Both the position numbers and the translations under genes were made by a program. The notes under the pieces were generated by a model. It made no database searches, was not told the origin of the DNA, and was given only the letters and a program-made list of their open reading frames with translations. Shown piece by piece: positions 13,461 to 26,407 of a DNA stretch of 64,000 nt. The stretch covers positions 6,014,001 to 6,078,000 of the forward strand of contig OZ316775.1 in NCBI GenBank assembly GCA_973851085.1. The letters run 5' to 3'. Origin of the DNA: Ptychomitrium polyphyllum (Eukaryota). Position 1 is the stretch's first letter. Every line of letters begins with the position of its first letter.

Positions 13461-13915
13461 GAGGAACGTCAAGCATCCCGGGGCTTTATAGGGCCAAGCT
13501 CAGGGCCCTCATGGCGCCACCGGCAGCATCCCCGATGGCCAAAGCTGGCCCCTGCCCCTGCCCCTGCCCCTGCCAGCGAAGGAGAGGCGACGCCCGACGG
13601 AGCAGCGACGGAGGCGACGGAGGGCCTCCGTAGGCCCCCCCTGGTCCTGGGCTGGTCCCGGGCCCGGGCCCGGTCTGGCCAGCCAACCGCGATCGCGTAC
13701 CTGCGGTTAGCCGTGCCGCGCGACTACTCTGTCGCGAGGCCGCTGTTTCGTTCGCGCTCCTGCCCCGGCCCTCCATGGGGCCCCCACCCGCGGCTGCCTG
13801 CCTGCCTCCCTCCGTCCCCTGAATTACTGTTCTTTCCTCCTCGTTTTATATGCCTTTGCAGTCTGCGGATAAGAACCACTGCCAGGCCTTACCTCAGGGT
13901 TCTGCGCTCTGTTGT
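13245..13915 (-). repeat. Second copy of the 671-bp duplicated invertase promoter/leader segment
   Basis: Direct repeat of 1-671. Confidence 0.93.
13485..13490 (-). promoter_or_regulatory. TATA box (TATAAA) of the invertase gene; second copy at 241-246
   Basis: An isolated AT hexamer in very GC-rich sequence, followed on the minus strand by a CT-rich Y-patch (cgttcctctccttctttc). GGGCCC site-II-like motifs and a GATAAG/TTATCC element lie upstream. Confidence 0.6.
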
Positions 13916-14799
13916 ATTATGACATAGTTGCGCTATTGGGTGTAGAGTACGATGTTCCTTTAATTTTGGCCGGTGTAAGCGTATAGTTGTGGTTTTGGAG
14001 GCTTTACTGTTAGAATTCATATGCAGGCTATATTGGTTTGAGGGTTCTTGAGAAGGACCTTTCGGCGGTTTGTTGGTTTAGTTGCTGGATCGGCTGTGGC
14101 TGTTTTGTGTTATTTTAGCCTTCTGCCCTTCTGTTTTAGAATGGTGTAAGTTTTAGAATGCTTTCAATGATGGAGGTGATTGTTTCTATGTCGTCTTGTA
14201 AGTTTGTTTACTGGATATCTTGAAGTTTTGTTCTTGTTTTGGGTTATTATGTGTTATAGGTTCTGGGTTAAGTTGAACAGTGCTGAAATCTCTGCCTGGC
14301 TCTCAAACTGCATCGTAGACTTGTAGTGCAGGTTGTATAGTCAGAGCAATCCACTGATTGCCAGGGAGGCTTGACATTAGTTGCATCTCAAACATTGGAA
14401 TGATGTAGGTCATGTTTTTGAATATCATTTTGAGTGGAAAGTGTTGTTGTTTACTTTGGATGTTGAAGTATGCATATGAAAATGGTGGATGAAGAAGGAT
14501 GTCTTACTTTTATTGGATAAGTAAACAATATTTACTCTGACGAATATGTAGACGAATATGTAGGAAGGGTTAAAAAACCATTAATTTGTTATATTAGTCA
14601 AAAATGTTCAATATGAGAAATCAAGCATAATTGATTATCAACAAGCATATATGGAGTTGATAAGGCTAATTGTCTTGTCAACATTCCTTTCTCATAACCT
14701 TGTACTATTGTTAATTTTAACTTTTAAAGTAAAAGTTAAAGATATTCATAACCTAAATCCAAACCTAAATTTAAATCTACATATGTATAGTATGTTTTT

Positions 14800-14910
14800 G
14801 ACAATATAGCACTATTAGAAATTACAATATATAACTTTCTTAAATGCCAATATAACACTATTAGAAATGACAATATAGCACTAATAGAAATAACTCAAAT
14901 TGCACTACTA
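14800..14910. repeat. Degenerate tandem repeat of ~CAATATAGCACTATTAGAAAT units
   Basis: Several imperfect copies are visible: acaatatagcactattagaaatt, caatataacactattagaaatg, caatatagcactaatagaaat. Confidence 0.6.
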
Positions 14911-17900
14911 AAAATAAGTTTGCCTTTGTACTTTGTTCTTTGTAATTGGTCTTTGCTAATTAATGTCTTAGATCATATGTCCAATTTTCATGTTATTAAT
15001 ACTTTTAGGAGTTGTGATGTTTGAGACATAGTATAATCATCAAGCTTATTTATGATAATGGCTAGTCACACATATCTTTTACGTAACATAATTTATTCTT
15101 ATTAAATTTTATTAAATTTATAAGTAATAAAAGTAACTTGTTTATAATATAATAAAATTAAAGTTTAAAGTACAAATTAGTTGCCATTTGATTGAATTTT
15201 TTTGTAAAATATTTTACTAAAAACCTTATTTATTCATATTGTACAATTTGTAAAGTTCTTTATTTGAAAATTAATTTTACTTTGTTCAATCATAACCACT
15301 TATTAATGTTATTTGTAATTCTTAATTAAAATTGAATATTGTGAATCATATCTTTTTGGTATGAAGAATCATAAAGCATTGTGCTTTTATTAGAGTTATT
15401 TGTGAAGTCTTATCAAAAAAAGAAATTGTGCTAAATACATTCTAAAGTTAAGTTTTATCACAAAATTAATCAAAAATTGCATTTTAAACTGTAGTTTAAT
15501 GGACCAATTACGAGCTTCTATAATATCGGAGCATAATTGGAAAGCATTGGACTTTGAACCTCTTTAAAGTTTCCTAAGCTCTTTTAAGCAAACCCTTCAT
15601 TTTTCCTAGGTATCCAAAACTCCTGTAATTACTCTTCCAAAAGGTGAAGTAAGAAAGTTTTCCTTAACAAAAAATTACGTTAGAGATTCTTTATGAATTT
15701 TTATGTAAAATATTTTGTACTAGTTGCACATTTTATAACACTATTTTTTTATTATAACCACTTCATTTAAAGGAATTTTATTTGAATACCATGTAAGAAT
15801 TAATTTTTTGATTTTGAAACATTTAAAAATATTTGAAAAGATCGTATTCTTAAAAGGCAATTTAAAATCATATCTAGCATTTCTGTACTAAGGTAAAACT
15901 TTTTATTTGAAAAAATTTGTGAAATTTTTCATAACACACTTCATGTTCTTTTATTGTATACAACATGTGGTTTAATCGATTTCCAAAAAGTCTTACATTT
16001 AAAAATCTAATTTTGGTGACTTCTAAAACTATTTTAATAGACATTCTACATATTTTTTACACTTTGAATACAACAATCATTTCTAATCATTATATCATAC
16101 ACTTTTTTCTTCTTAAACAAGATTCTCCATAGCTATAAAAATCACATATTATAATATTTTAAGTTTTGCCAAAAACATACAATTCTCCTAGAATTAAGAT
16201 GATAATGTATAAATATGTACAAGTAAGCAAATATAAATTTTCTAGTGAAAATGAAGCATCTTAAATTATAAGGTAGTAAAGAAGTTGAGTCATTGCCATT
16301 ATTTTTCATCTAGGAAAAAGCTTATTTTTTTTAATCAAATTTGAGTTGGATTTGGAATATATGAGAACATAATAGAAATAGATGTCATATAATCTCCTTT
16401 TTACTCCTCTTTCAATGGAGGATGTTGATTCCATGAAGCAAAAAAAGTGAATAAAAATTATCAACCACCTGTGGAGGGTGGACCAAGTTGGGGAGAAAGC
16501 TTGTACCTAGGTGAGTGCAAACCACATGCAGAAAACTTTGTTCCTCCAGCAGGTGGAGCTGAGTTCCTTCTCCATCTCACTCTTCCTATCATCATGGCAC
16601 TTCACAAGAAATATGTCATTTTTTTCCCAGGGGTATGATCAAAATCAATAGCAGAGCAGTTGTGAAGGGAGTTTCCGAGCTTGGTGTTGAGAATTACAAC
16701 ATCAGTTCTTTTGACAGTGATACTAAAATAATAACAATAACTTCAACATGACTTCCACTTATTTCATGGATCTGGTAAATCCAATTACCGTAGAAAGTGT
16801 GGTTGCACATCCTGGAGTAGGGTTCCTTAACTTTTACAAATCCCCGAAAACGGAGAATGAAATGGCAAATTATAGATAGATGGAGACGTTATCTCACAAT
16901 TTAAGGGGCAGATAAGCACTAGAACAAAGTTACTTTTCCACTGAGTTTTTAATTGACTCCTAAAAGGTGTCCAGGCGTAAAAGCTTGACTGGGAGCTACT
17001 TGACTGTGTACCGTACTTACTGTGGCGTACACTGTTTTTTACTTTATTTTTACATCATTCAATGCATTTCTAATTGAAATGATTTTTAATTTTTTTTTAA
17101 AGTGCCAAATAATTAAAAGGCTTTCAAATTCTTCTTATTCTTTTATTTGGTCAACAAAAGTATCCCTAATGGTGGAACTCTATAGCCTTGTATAAAAATA
17201 TTTGTTAGCTTCTTTGGCCCAATGTTGAGTCTCTAATTTAGCTAATTTTATTGAATTTCATTTGAAACAAGAGTTTCAAAGTATAGAAATAAATTTTTCA
17301 ACTTTTTGGTGTTGAAAAAAGAAGATTATAATGTTGCATAGATGAAAATTTGCAATAAATTTTGAATTATCATTGTCAATAGATTCTCTTCAAAATTACT
17401 ATGTTTTTTTTCTTAAACAAATGTGATGTCTTGACTAGGCATATTATAAGGATTTTCCTCTAAACTTGGCTTAGAACACTCTTTGCAAACCAATTTCTAA
17501 CTTTGGATAGAAGAATACAATTTAAAATTGCTTTATGTTTTTTTAATCAACTCATTAGGCCATTTTTGTAGTGTGAACAAGATTATAAATCAATAGGATT
17601 TATTTGATAGATGCAATATAAAGCTTTTTAATAGTTAAAGTTAATATTTGCTTGATTGTTAAGTGATATGGCGTTGGATGCCTGCCATGTCAAATCAATG
17701 TGGCCCATGGAACCTATTTTAATTTAAGAATTTTATTCATTTGTTTAATCTAAGTATAATTAGTTTTATTGTCATGGTTGACTTTTACGCTTGGATTGAC
17801 TTTCCTAAGTTGAATTAAATTGTGGGAGAATTTATGATGGGGAACCTCCTTGGCTTGGCATTCTCAACATGTCAAGCCTTGTGAATGTTTTCAAAAGAGA

Positions 17901-20900
17901 GATTTGGTGTTAGGTGTTGTTTGTATGTGATTGTAATCACTTAGTAAAGCTTATGATTTCTTCTTGCATGCTTGCACTTTTAGATTCAACCTTGTAATAT
18001 GAAGAATAGCTTAACTTGTAATAGTATATTAGTAGTGTGTTATGTATGCCTAGCCAATTGACAAAGTAACCGCTATTGGCTTGGAAATATATTTCAATAC
18101 ACAATGGTTATTTACAAGTCATGATGTTGGAATAATTAAAGGAGACCAAAAGCAACTGAGGGAACTTTGAAATTCTTAATTTGAATTTTTCAATAGTTAC
18201 CCATTGATAATCATTTCTAATTTTCCTTTGCTTAAGATGCACAAGCTCATTCAATAATTGTTGTACTTTATTTTTTTTGTATTGCTTAAATTATTATTTT
18301 TTAATTATTATTATAATATATAATTTGAATTATAAATGGATGTGTATTAGTTGATAGAAAAAATACAATACTAATAGCCAATTAATATAGATTAATGTGA
18401 TGCAATGTATTGAAAGTAAAGGTTGTGATTGAGAATTGTAATTGATTTTTTGTGGTTTATAAAAATATAAGTAATATTAAAAAACATTAGAACATTGTGT
18501 ATTAAATTTCTTAAATAGATTTAGAAAAATGAAAATAAAATGTCATTGTTATATGGAATGAATTATCAATTGGAAATGTGCTACATTGGAACTATTTATA
18601 AAACAAAGAACTTGTAAAAAATATTGATCAACCAATTGGATGCAATCTCATAATTGGAATGAAAAATGATAACCAATAATTTTAACAATAGAAAATTAAA
18701 ATGATATATTATAACTTAAGTGATAACTTAAAATTAATATTATTTTAGAATTATTGGATTTTAAAAAGAAAATTGGATATTTATTTAAAAGAATATTTCC
18801 ACCAGTTGAACTGAAATTATAAAGTAATAAATATGTTTGAAAATAATTTTGCCGTGTCACTATAGTATTTGCTGGCAAAGGCAAGTTGGACAAAAATTAA
18901 TGGCAAGTAGTATGCATTGATGAAGGTTATAATAATCGAAGTATACAGTGTCATATTAAATGATTGGACCCAATGATTGTTGAAAGTACGATGATTGTTT
19001 GAACTTTCAAAAAGGTAGTATAATAGAAAGCAAGTGCAATATAAATTAGAAAGATTATTAAATGCATAGGATTAATTATGCAAAGAATAAATAAAAACTA
19101 ATAGAAACAAACTTTGACTTCAATACGGATAAAGAAGTAAACACACTATTGGAAGTAAATGAAGGACATTTTACTTTGGTGAAATGCATTAGAAATTGAA
19201 CAATGGACATTAATAATACCAAGTTCATAAATATGTAAATGCAATAGGCCAACCAACTTGAAATGTGCAATTGAAAGAAATTAGAAGAAGTATTAAATTA
19301 ATTGGCATAAAAATTTAAATAATCCTTTTTGATGAAATAAGAAAGATATGAATTATAATTTAACTATAATTAGATAAGAAATATTCACTTTAGTATTTTA
19401 ATTTATTTTAAAATATAAACTTAAAGTACTTCCGGTTAAACTTGCTTAATTGTTTGAAGTGATTGACCTTCACTAAATTGTCTTCTAAAATACTAAATTT
19501 TAAGTTTTTACATAAGAACAATCATTTAAGCCTAATAGAATGAACTACCTTTCTAGCATTTATATTTTTTCCTTGGATATTTTAGTTAAAAGAAAATAAC
19601 TTTTATTACACTGTAAAGTATGGATTTAGAGTTATAACAAAAAGAAATCAAAAAGCTTTTCTTACAAGACTTACTACACATTGTATAGTCTAAATATTTA
19701 TAAATGTGTGTTTAATTTTGTTTTCTTTAAACAATGAAAGATTGACTAATTGTGGATTTTGAGCCTTCTAAGTTCTTGAATTGTGTTCAAAGAATCTTTC
19801 AAGGTCATGTCAATTAAATGTTAAATATGAAAAGATCATAAAACATTATCTATTATGCTAAAATAACAAGGTTTTTTTTAAATCTTTAAAATTCAACGTA
19901 ATTTCTTTTTTAAAGTTATAATAATTAAATCCAAATATCATCCTCATGATTAATCTCATAGATTTTAAAAGCCTATAATATATTTTGAAATTATTTTAAA
20001 TATATTATTTTTATAAGAATTTATATTAGTATTTATAATTAAACCAAAAAAAGATCATTTGAACCAATTAAAAAATATAATGATAAAGATGAAAATTTAC
20101 AATAAACTGTTGTAAAAGTAATGTTGTGTGTTTGTTAAAGTTCAAATAATTTTTTAAACATATTTTAAAAATACTCCATTTGAATTTGAATACCAAAATA
20201 TGAATTTGAGTTATATATGCATACACTATTACAATTAATATGAATTCTTCAATTAATGTAATTCAAAGTTTATTCTAATTCCACAAATATTATGATAATT
20301 TAGAATAATGGCAATAGTTGGTGTAGTGCAAATTAGTCTTTATATAAATATGGTGAATAAGATTTTCATCCTTATAATATTTGGAATAAATATTATAAAT
20401 ACTAAGGTTATAAATTTTTACTTTTTTTCATTCCAATGTATGATGGCATTTAATTGAACTTGTCATTTTCAAATTGACATGAATTGCTTGTATTAAATGC
20501 TATGTCTCGCCTTAATCACAGGCCTATTTGTGGATTTTGAATAATTTGATTGAAAACTTTGATTATTTGAGATAAAAATAATTTGGTGATCTTATTTTAA
20601 TTATATGAGATTAAAAAGGTTTAAATAATCTTGTACTATAGCTATAAGCTATGGTGATGTTGCCAAAGCCAAAGTATCAAGAATTTCTAGGTTCATTCTT
20701 TATCTTTGATGTTGGCTATAAAAGATTTTGTACAACATTCAATTTAAGCATGCTTTAGATAATGCAAATATGTATATTGTGCATATTAATAGAGTTGCCA
20801 TGTCATAATACTTAGTTTGGAAGTATGATAGATTTATTTAATTTTTTAAAGATTAAACATTACTAAATGCAAATTTTTCCTTGGTGACATAAATCCATTT

Positions 20901-23900
20901 AAAGGATTCCATTAATTTCATAGTTTTCTTCAACATTGTGTTTTTCAACAAAATTTATTCTTATACCACATAATATCATAATATTATAATTCTTTAAAAA
21001 AATTCTAAGTACTTTGAAAAATTGAACCCTTCATTTAAATTCATCTAATGTATTATATTGATTCTAAATTTGAAAGCCATGATTGATCAAGTTGATGAAT
21101 TGATAATTTTTTTTAGACAATTGATGTGACATTTCAATTAAGTTTTTAGTTTAACAAAAACTTTTGTTTATTTTGTTTGTGGTAAAAATGATTTTATGTT
21201 TTATATTTAAATGATTCTTTTATTATAAAAAATCTTGGAAACATATGAATTGTGATAAAATACTGTCATATTGAATTATTGAATATATATATAAAATAAG
21301 TTGTGGAATTTCGAAGTCAGGAATGTTACTTGAGAGTTATTGAAAACTTGACAGAGTTTTCATTTGTTCATTATTGTCTTATAAGATTCATCATACATGT
21401 TTGATAACAAGTGTTTTTTTGAAGTGTTAAAAATTCTATTAAGTTCATGTCCTCATTAATCTAAAATCCTTTGAATATTTTTTAACTTAATAAAAATTGA
21501 GATTATTCCTTATATGTTTGGGCAAGTCTTTTAGAATCTGAATTTCTAAAAATAATGAAACGGAAAGCCAACATAATTTCGTAAATTCAAAGAACTTATA
21601 AACAATAAATTTCTAATAGCATCAAATTGCAAAGATGAGAGCTTTGGAAGTTCAGATTAAACTTTTTCATATCTTATTTGAGGTCTTAATTCCAGTTTCT
21701 TTTTAGAATTTATTTATTTATTTATTTATTTATGGATTTTAGAGTTATAGATTGTCAATTATAGTTTCAATTTTATAATTTATAGTCTCATAAAATTCAC
21801 AAACTAAATTGCATATTACAGATTAATTTTAATTTGAATTTCTAACTTTTTGGTGGAATGTGATGTGAAAGACTGTAGACAAGGAAGGTTTATGTGTTGG
21901 GTAATCTTTTATATTGCTCCTGGTATATGATGAAAATTTGAAATGAATTAAATTTGATTCCAGTGGTTTTCCATTTCCCCTTTCATCTTCAAGCATGAGA
22001 ATTGTCATGAATACAATTAAGTGGGTGCACTGTTTTTGCATTAAGTGCTCTTCTCACAAACAGGGTGAGGTTGCAAACAACTCCTGTGTGAAGCAAAACT
22101 TGAAAAAGGACAGAAGTTTAATGAAGTTGGTGGCTTTTTGCAAATTAGTGTCTGACTATAAATTAAAAATAACTAAAACTATCAGATATCTACCTTTTTC
22201 TTGCTTCGAAGCCAGTTGGAGCACAAATGCTACTAAAAATTGCAGGAAGATAGACTCACACCATGCTACCACAGGATTGTACTCATGCTGCTGTATATTT
22301 TAGTAAACAAAATAGGGAAGAAGTGTACTGTACAAATGTAATCAGCCAGTTTTAGTGTTGGAGACTGTTATGCTTATCAAGACTGTGCTTGTTGCAGGCC
22401 ATATCAGATCAGTCATTATTCCACGCTTACTATGTCAGAACCAACTTCCGTGGAAGCCTGCTGCCTATGGCATTATGTTAATCATTTCCAATTGGCCCTA
22501 ACATTCGGCCAACTTATCTTTCATGAATGGTTCTTAGAGAGGTAACTTCAGTAGTCCTTTGCTTATACTACCCATGTCTTGTACAAGATCTAAGTATAAA
22601 TTCATTGCCGCATGCTGATCCACAATTACTAACAATGCAACTTCATGTATAATTTGAATTGAGACTGTGTTTCTGGACTTGCTTCCTATTGTAATTGCCT
22701 CCTATTGTAATTGCCATTGTAGCCCATCTCATAAGGGCCATACTGACTTGATGGGCTGAGGTTTTTGCTTCTCCTGTCTCATGAAGGTATAGGGAGACCC
22801 TCATGTTCTTCTTCCACTGCAAGGGGTTTCTTTTGCCCTTCTATTTCCCAAAGTTTGTTATGCAAAAATAAATTAAAACAAAATATACAATAAAATAATA
22901 AACTGGGTTGTCAAACCTCCATTCCACATGAATAAGCATTTGATATCTATGGCCATGATTATATAAGATTTTAAAAGCAAGAGGCCCTTTCAACCGCTAA
23001 GAAATATTATAATGTATAATATGGAAGTATGAAAAAGTACATATCATATAGTGCAAGTTTACTACTTTAGGATAATGAAACTTGCTCTATGATGTCATAA
23101 TGCCATGAATCTTGTGTGAACTAACCATTTAAAGACCATCAATCTATGCTAGGATACACCCAACAAAACCCATGGGTACTTTCAGAGCGACTCTAGTGCA
23201 TTCATGATGACATAAATTTATTTTCTTATCAGGTTGTGTTGCATGATTTGTGAGGGTCACAGCAGACATGTTAGAATGTAACAACTGACAATGCACAAAC
23301 ATACTCAGTAGTGGGCCTAAGCAACATGCTCCATGCTCCATGCTGTGGAGAATTAGATGCTGCATGTTTACTGAAACTGTTGGTTTGTTTATGTTCATTT
23401 TGTTGATCATGCAATCATAAACTCTCTTTTAGGGCTGCTTCACACTTTCTCTCATCTCTTGTTGGAGACAAAAGAAATAAAAAACTTTAGTCTAAGAGAT
23501 AGATATTTTAGATTAAAAAAGAGCTACAAAAGAAGATGGAAAGATATTAAAATAATAGAAATGGGTTGTTATTTCAAGAACACTTTCAAAAAATGTCAAT
23601 GGAAAAAATCTTTCCTACAATAAATATTACTATATAGGTAGTTAACTCAATTTTTCATTCATTTCCAAATTGTTTCATTGGTGAATGACAAGACAAGGTA
23701 TAAAACCTTATGGAAGAATTCAAAAACTTTGACCATTTGTAATGTTGATTTAAAGAAAATTGGCAGAAGGTGGAAAGGGGCCTTGAGAACATGGTATGTT
23801 ACATTGTTGACTTTTCTTAAAGTACCAAATACAAGATTCAAACCGCTATAATACACAATTTCTAAAATACAATTTCCAAAGCAGACCAACCAATGGCATG

Positions 23901-26338
23901 CCAAGAAATAAGTGGTGCTTTAACATATTGTTGTGAGCAAAAACATATAGCACATATCACAAGTTTGGATCAAGCTATGTTTCACTTCCTTAATCTTAAA
24001 GTATTTTTTCACTTAAATTTTTTTGTAGTAATGCTAACACTTGTAATAATATTATCAAACACATTACATTCATCACGAGGTCTTCTTTCCTTATATTCTA
24101 TATTTTTATCAAAAGAGAGCTCTGCTTTGAATACTTGGAATCTCTTAATTTGGTGCTTTAAAGACAACATACCACACCAAGCTTTCAAAGCAACCAACTG
24201 CAAAGTGAAGCATAGCCTGCCACAAGAATACAGGTCAGAGGCAACTTGATAGCCCTTTCGTTTTCAAGCCAGTAGCTGCCTAATTGAGAATGATCATTGG
24301 AGCAACACCAGCTCCTAGCTCTAATAAGATGTAGCTGCTCCCTGTCAGGGAGGACCCTTCCAAGCAGCCTCTCTTTAATGGATGGCTAAGATCTCTTACT
24401 AGCCATTTATAGACTTCTCCTCAGTCATCCAGAGTGGCCCTTTCCGTATACAAATGAGATGTTCATTTAAGTTTTCTATAATTATGCAAACCAAAGTTCC
24501 CTGGAATGGACACTTGGGTGCACAAGAAGCTAAGATCATGGTAGAATTGCTGAAACCAAATGCGTCCAATCCTGTGTGCAATACTTCTAAGGCAATATTC
24601 TTCCCACAGTATGACCATAACTGGACCAGGTCCCAAGAATATTGGGTGGTGGGCAGAGTTTTGGCACCAAATTTGTGGCCATGGTAAGCTGCATACTGAG
24701 GTGAGCCTAGTCTAAGGCAAACCCATCACAGTAGGTAGAGGACAAGGCAAGCTTGTTCATACCACCTGTGAGCAGTGATGTAAGCTAGTGATGAAATGGC
24801 CAAATCACATGTGCTTTTTTCTCTTGGACTTTTGATTAGAGCTCTCAAGCCTTCTGTGTCCATTGCTACTCTGTCAAATCTGTACAGCCATCCTAGTTCC
24901 AACTGTGACAGGTCATTCTACTCTCACACACAAGGCTGGCTACTGTAAATGACAATGAATGGTGGGAAATCGATGTCCTATATTGTCCAACTCATAGTGA
25001 TCATCTTTGCTCAAACTAGTGGTTTATTTGATAATTGATTCAATAAATAAAATTTATGAATTTTGCATGTCCTTACACTTATCTATCTTGTAAGTTTGGC
25101 ACCGTAAAGGCTGTAGTTATCAGGTGGCATATCAAACTGCACATCCCTGCCATGTCAGTCTTAGTCACAAGGCTTTGCTGTAGTTGTAATTGATTGTGAT
25201 GGATGGTTATTGCATTTTGTAAACACATCAATTCATTGCCAAGCCAACCACCTGCGCAAAAACCTTGCAGCCATCAGTGGTGCCGTCTCTCAGGGGTAGC
25301 CCAACTATATCTTCTTCCTTCCGACCAGGTTTTTCCCATCTTTGTGTTGGTCATGAGAAGCTGTTTGTGGAGTAGACTCTAACCCATTCTTGAATATGGG
25401 TCCCAGCAATCACAAGTCAAATGTGGCAGTTCCGTAGATGAGCAGAACATGGATTCTCTGTGGAGCTGTATGCAGTTGAGAAGCCGTGTACTTGGAGTTC
25501 AAGGGGAACCCTGAGTCACTAATTGATGACTGTGTGATTAATTGACAACACCTGCATGGGAAAATCTAACTGTTGCTTGGTGTACAATTTACAATGTGCT
25601 CAATTGCCTCGTTGTCACATTCACTTGGACCCTCCAATATAGCCACAGTTCTGCAGCTATTACTCTTTGGAAAAAGAAGGTGGAAAAGAAAAAGCAATTT
25701 TTTTATATTTCTTTTTAATATTGCGACATCACATGCACATGACAACTCCAACGAAATGTTCTTTTGGATTTGCTGTACACAATACAACATTCTGTACTGC
25801 AGCTGCTGAGTACTACACCTTAATTTGAGAGAGGAATTTTTCTTTGTTTCATTGCAAGGGTGATGCACTATCTCATGACAGTTGCATCTAAAGAAGTTTG
25901 GTGCTACAATCTCAACTATAAAAAATATCCTTTGTACCTCTTCCAATGCCTGCTACAGTTTATATACACCAGGAATTGTAGCTGCTGTTACACTGTAATA
26001 TCATAACTTGCCAGGTTTGCCACAAAGTTCTACTTGATGTCTTATAGCTTACTTATCTTTATGTTGCACCATTTCAGAGCAGCTACCCTTTCAGCTGATT
26101 GTTGTATGAATGTTAATCCCACAATGGCCAAGGGAATGAGAGTGACAGAAGGAAAAGCTATGGGTTAATAGTTGTACACAAAAATGTTTGTATAGTTTTA
26201 AGAAAAATGTCTATATTAATATTTACTTCATAACATTTCATAACATTTTAAAGAAACCTATTTGGAAATTTGGACATCCTTGGAACAAATACCTTATTCT
26301 TATAATGGTCTCATTTATTACCGACTGAAATTGGAATC

Positions 26339-26407
26339 AAGGTGTAGTAGAAAGACATCCAAGTGATACGTGAAAGGTGTAGTAGAAAGACATCCAAGTG
26401 ATACGTG
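26339..26407. repeat. Perfect tandem duplication with a 35-bp period
   Basis: AAGGTGTAGTAGAAAGACATCCAAGTGATACGTG occurs twice, separated by one A. Confidence 0.9.

Noticed and set aside
7800..13915. Horizontal transfer or contamination as the explanation of the GC island
   Set aside because: The protein and spliceosomal intron layout are typical of land-plant cytosolic invertases, and the composition grades into the flanks.
12663..13922. 419-aa plus-strand ORF and the many overlapping ORFs at 7800-13900
   Set aside because: These are Pro/Arg/Ala-rich products expected from very GC-rich DNA, antisense to or overlapping the invertase gene and promoter, with no recognisable domains.
26339..26407. 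35-bp direct repeat considered as a CRISPR-like array
   Set aside because: Only two adjacent copies with no spacer, in a eukaryotic context. It is a simple tandem duplication, like those at ~22684, ~33085 and ~14540.
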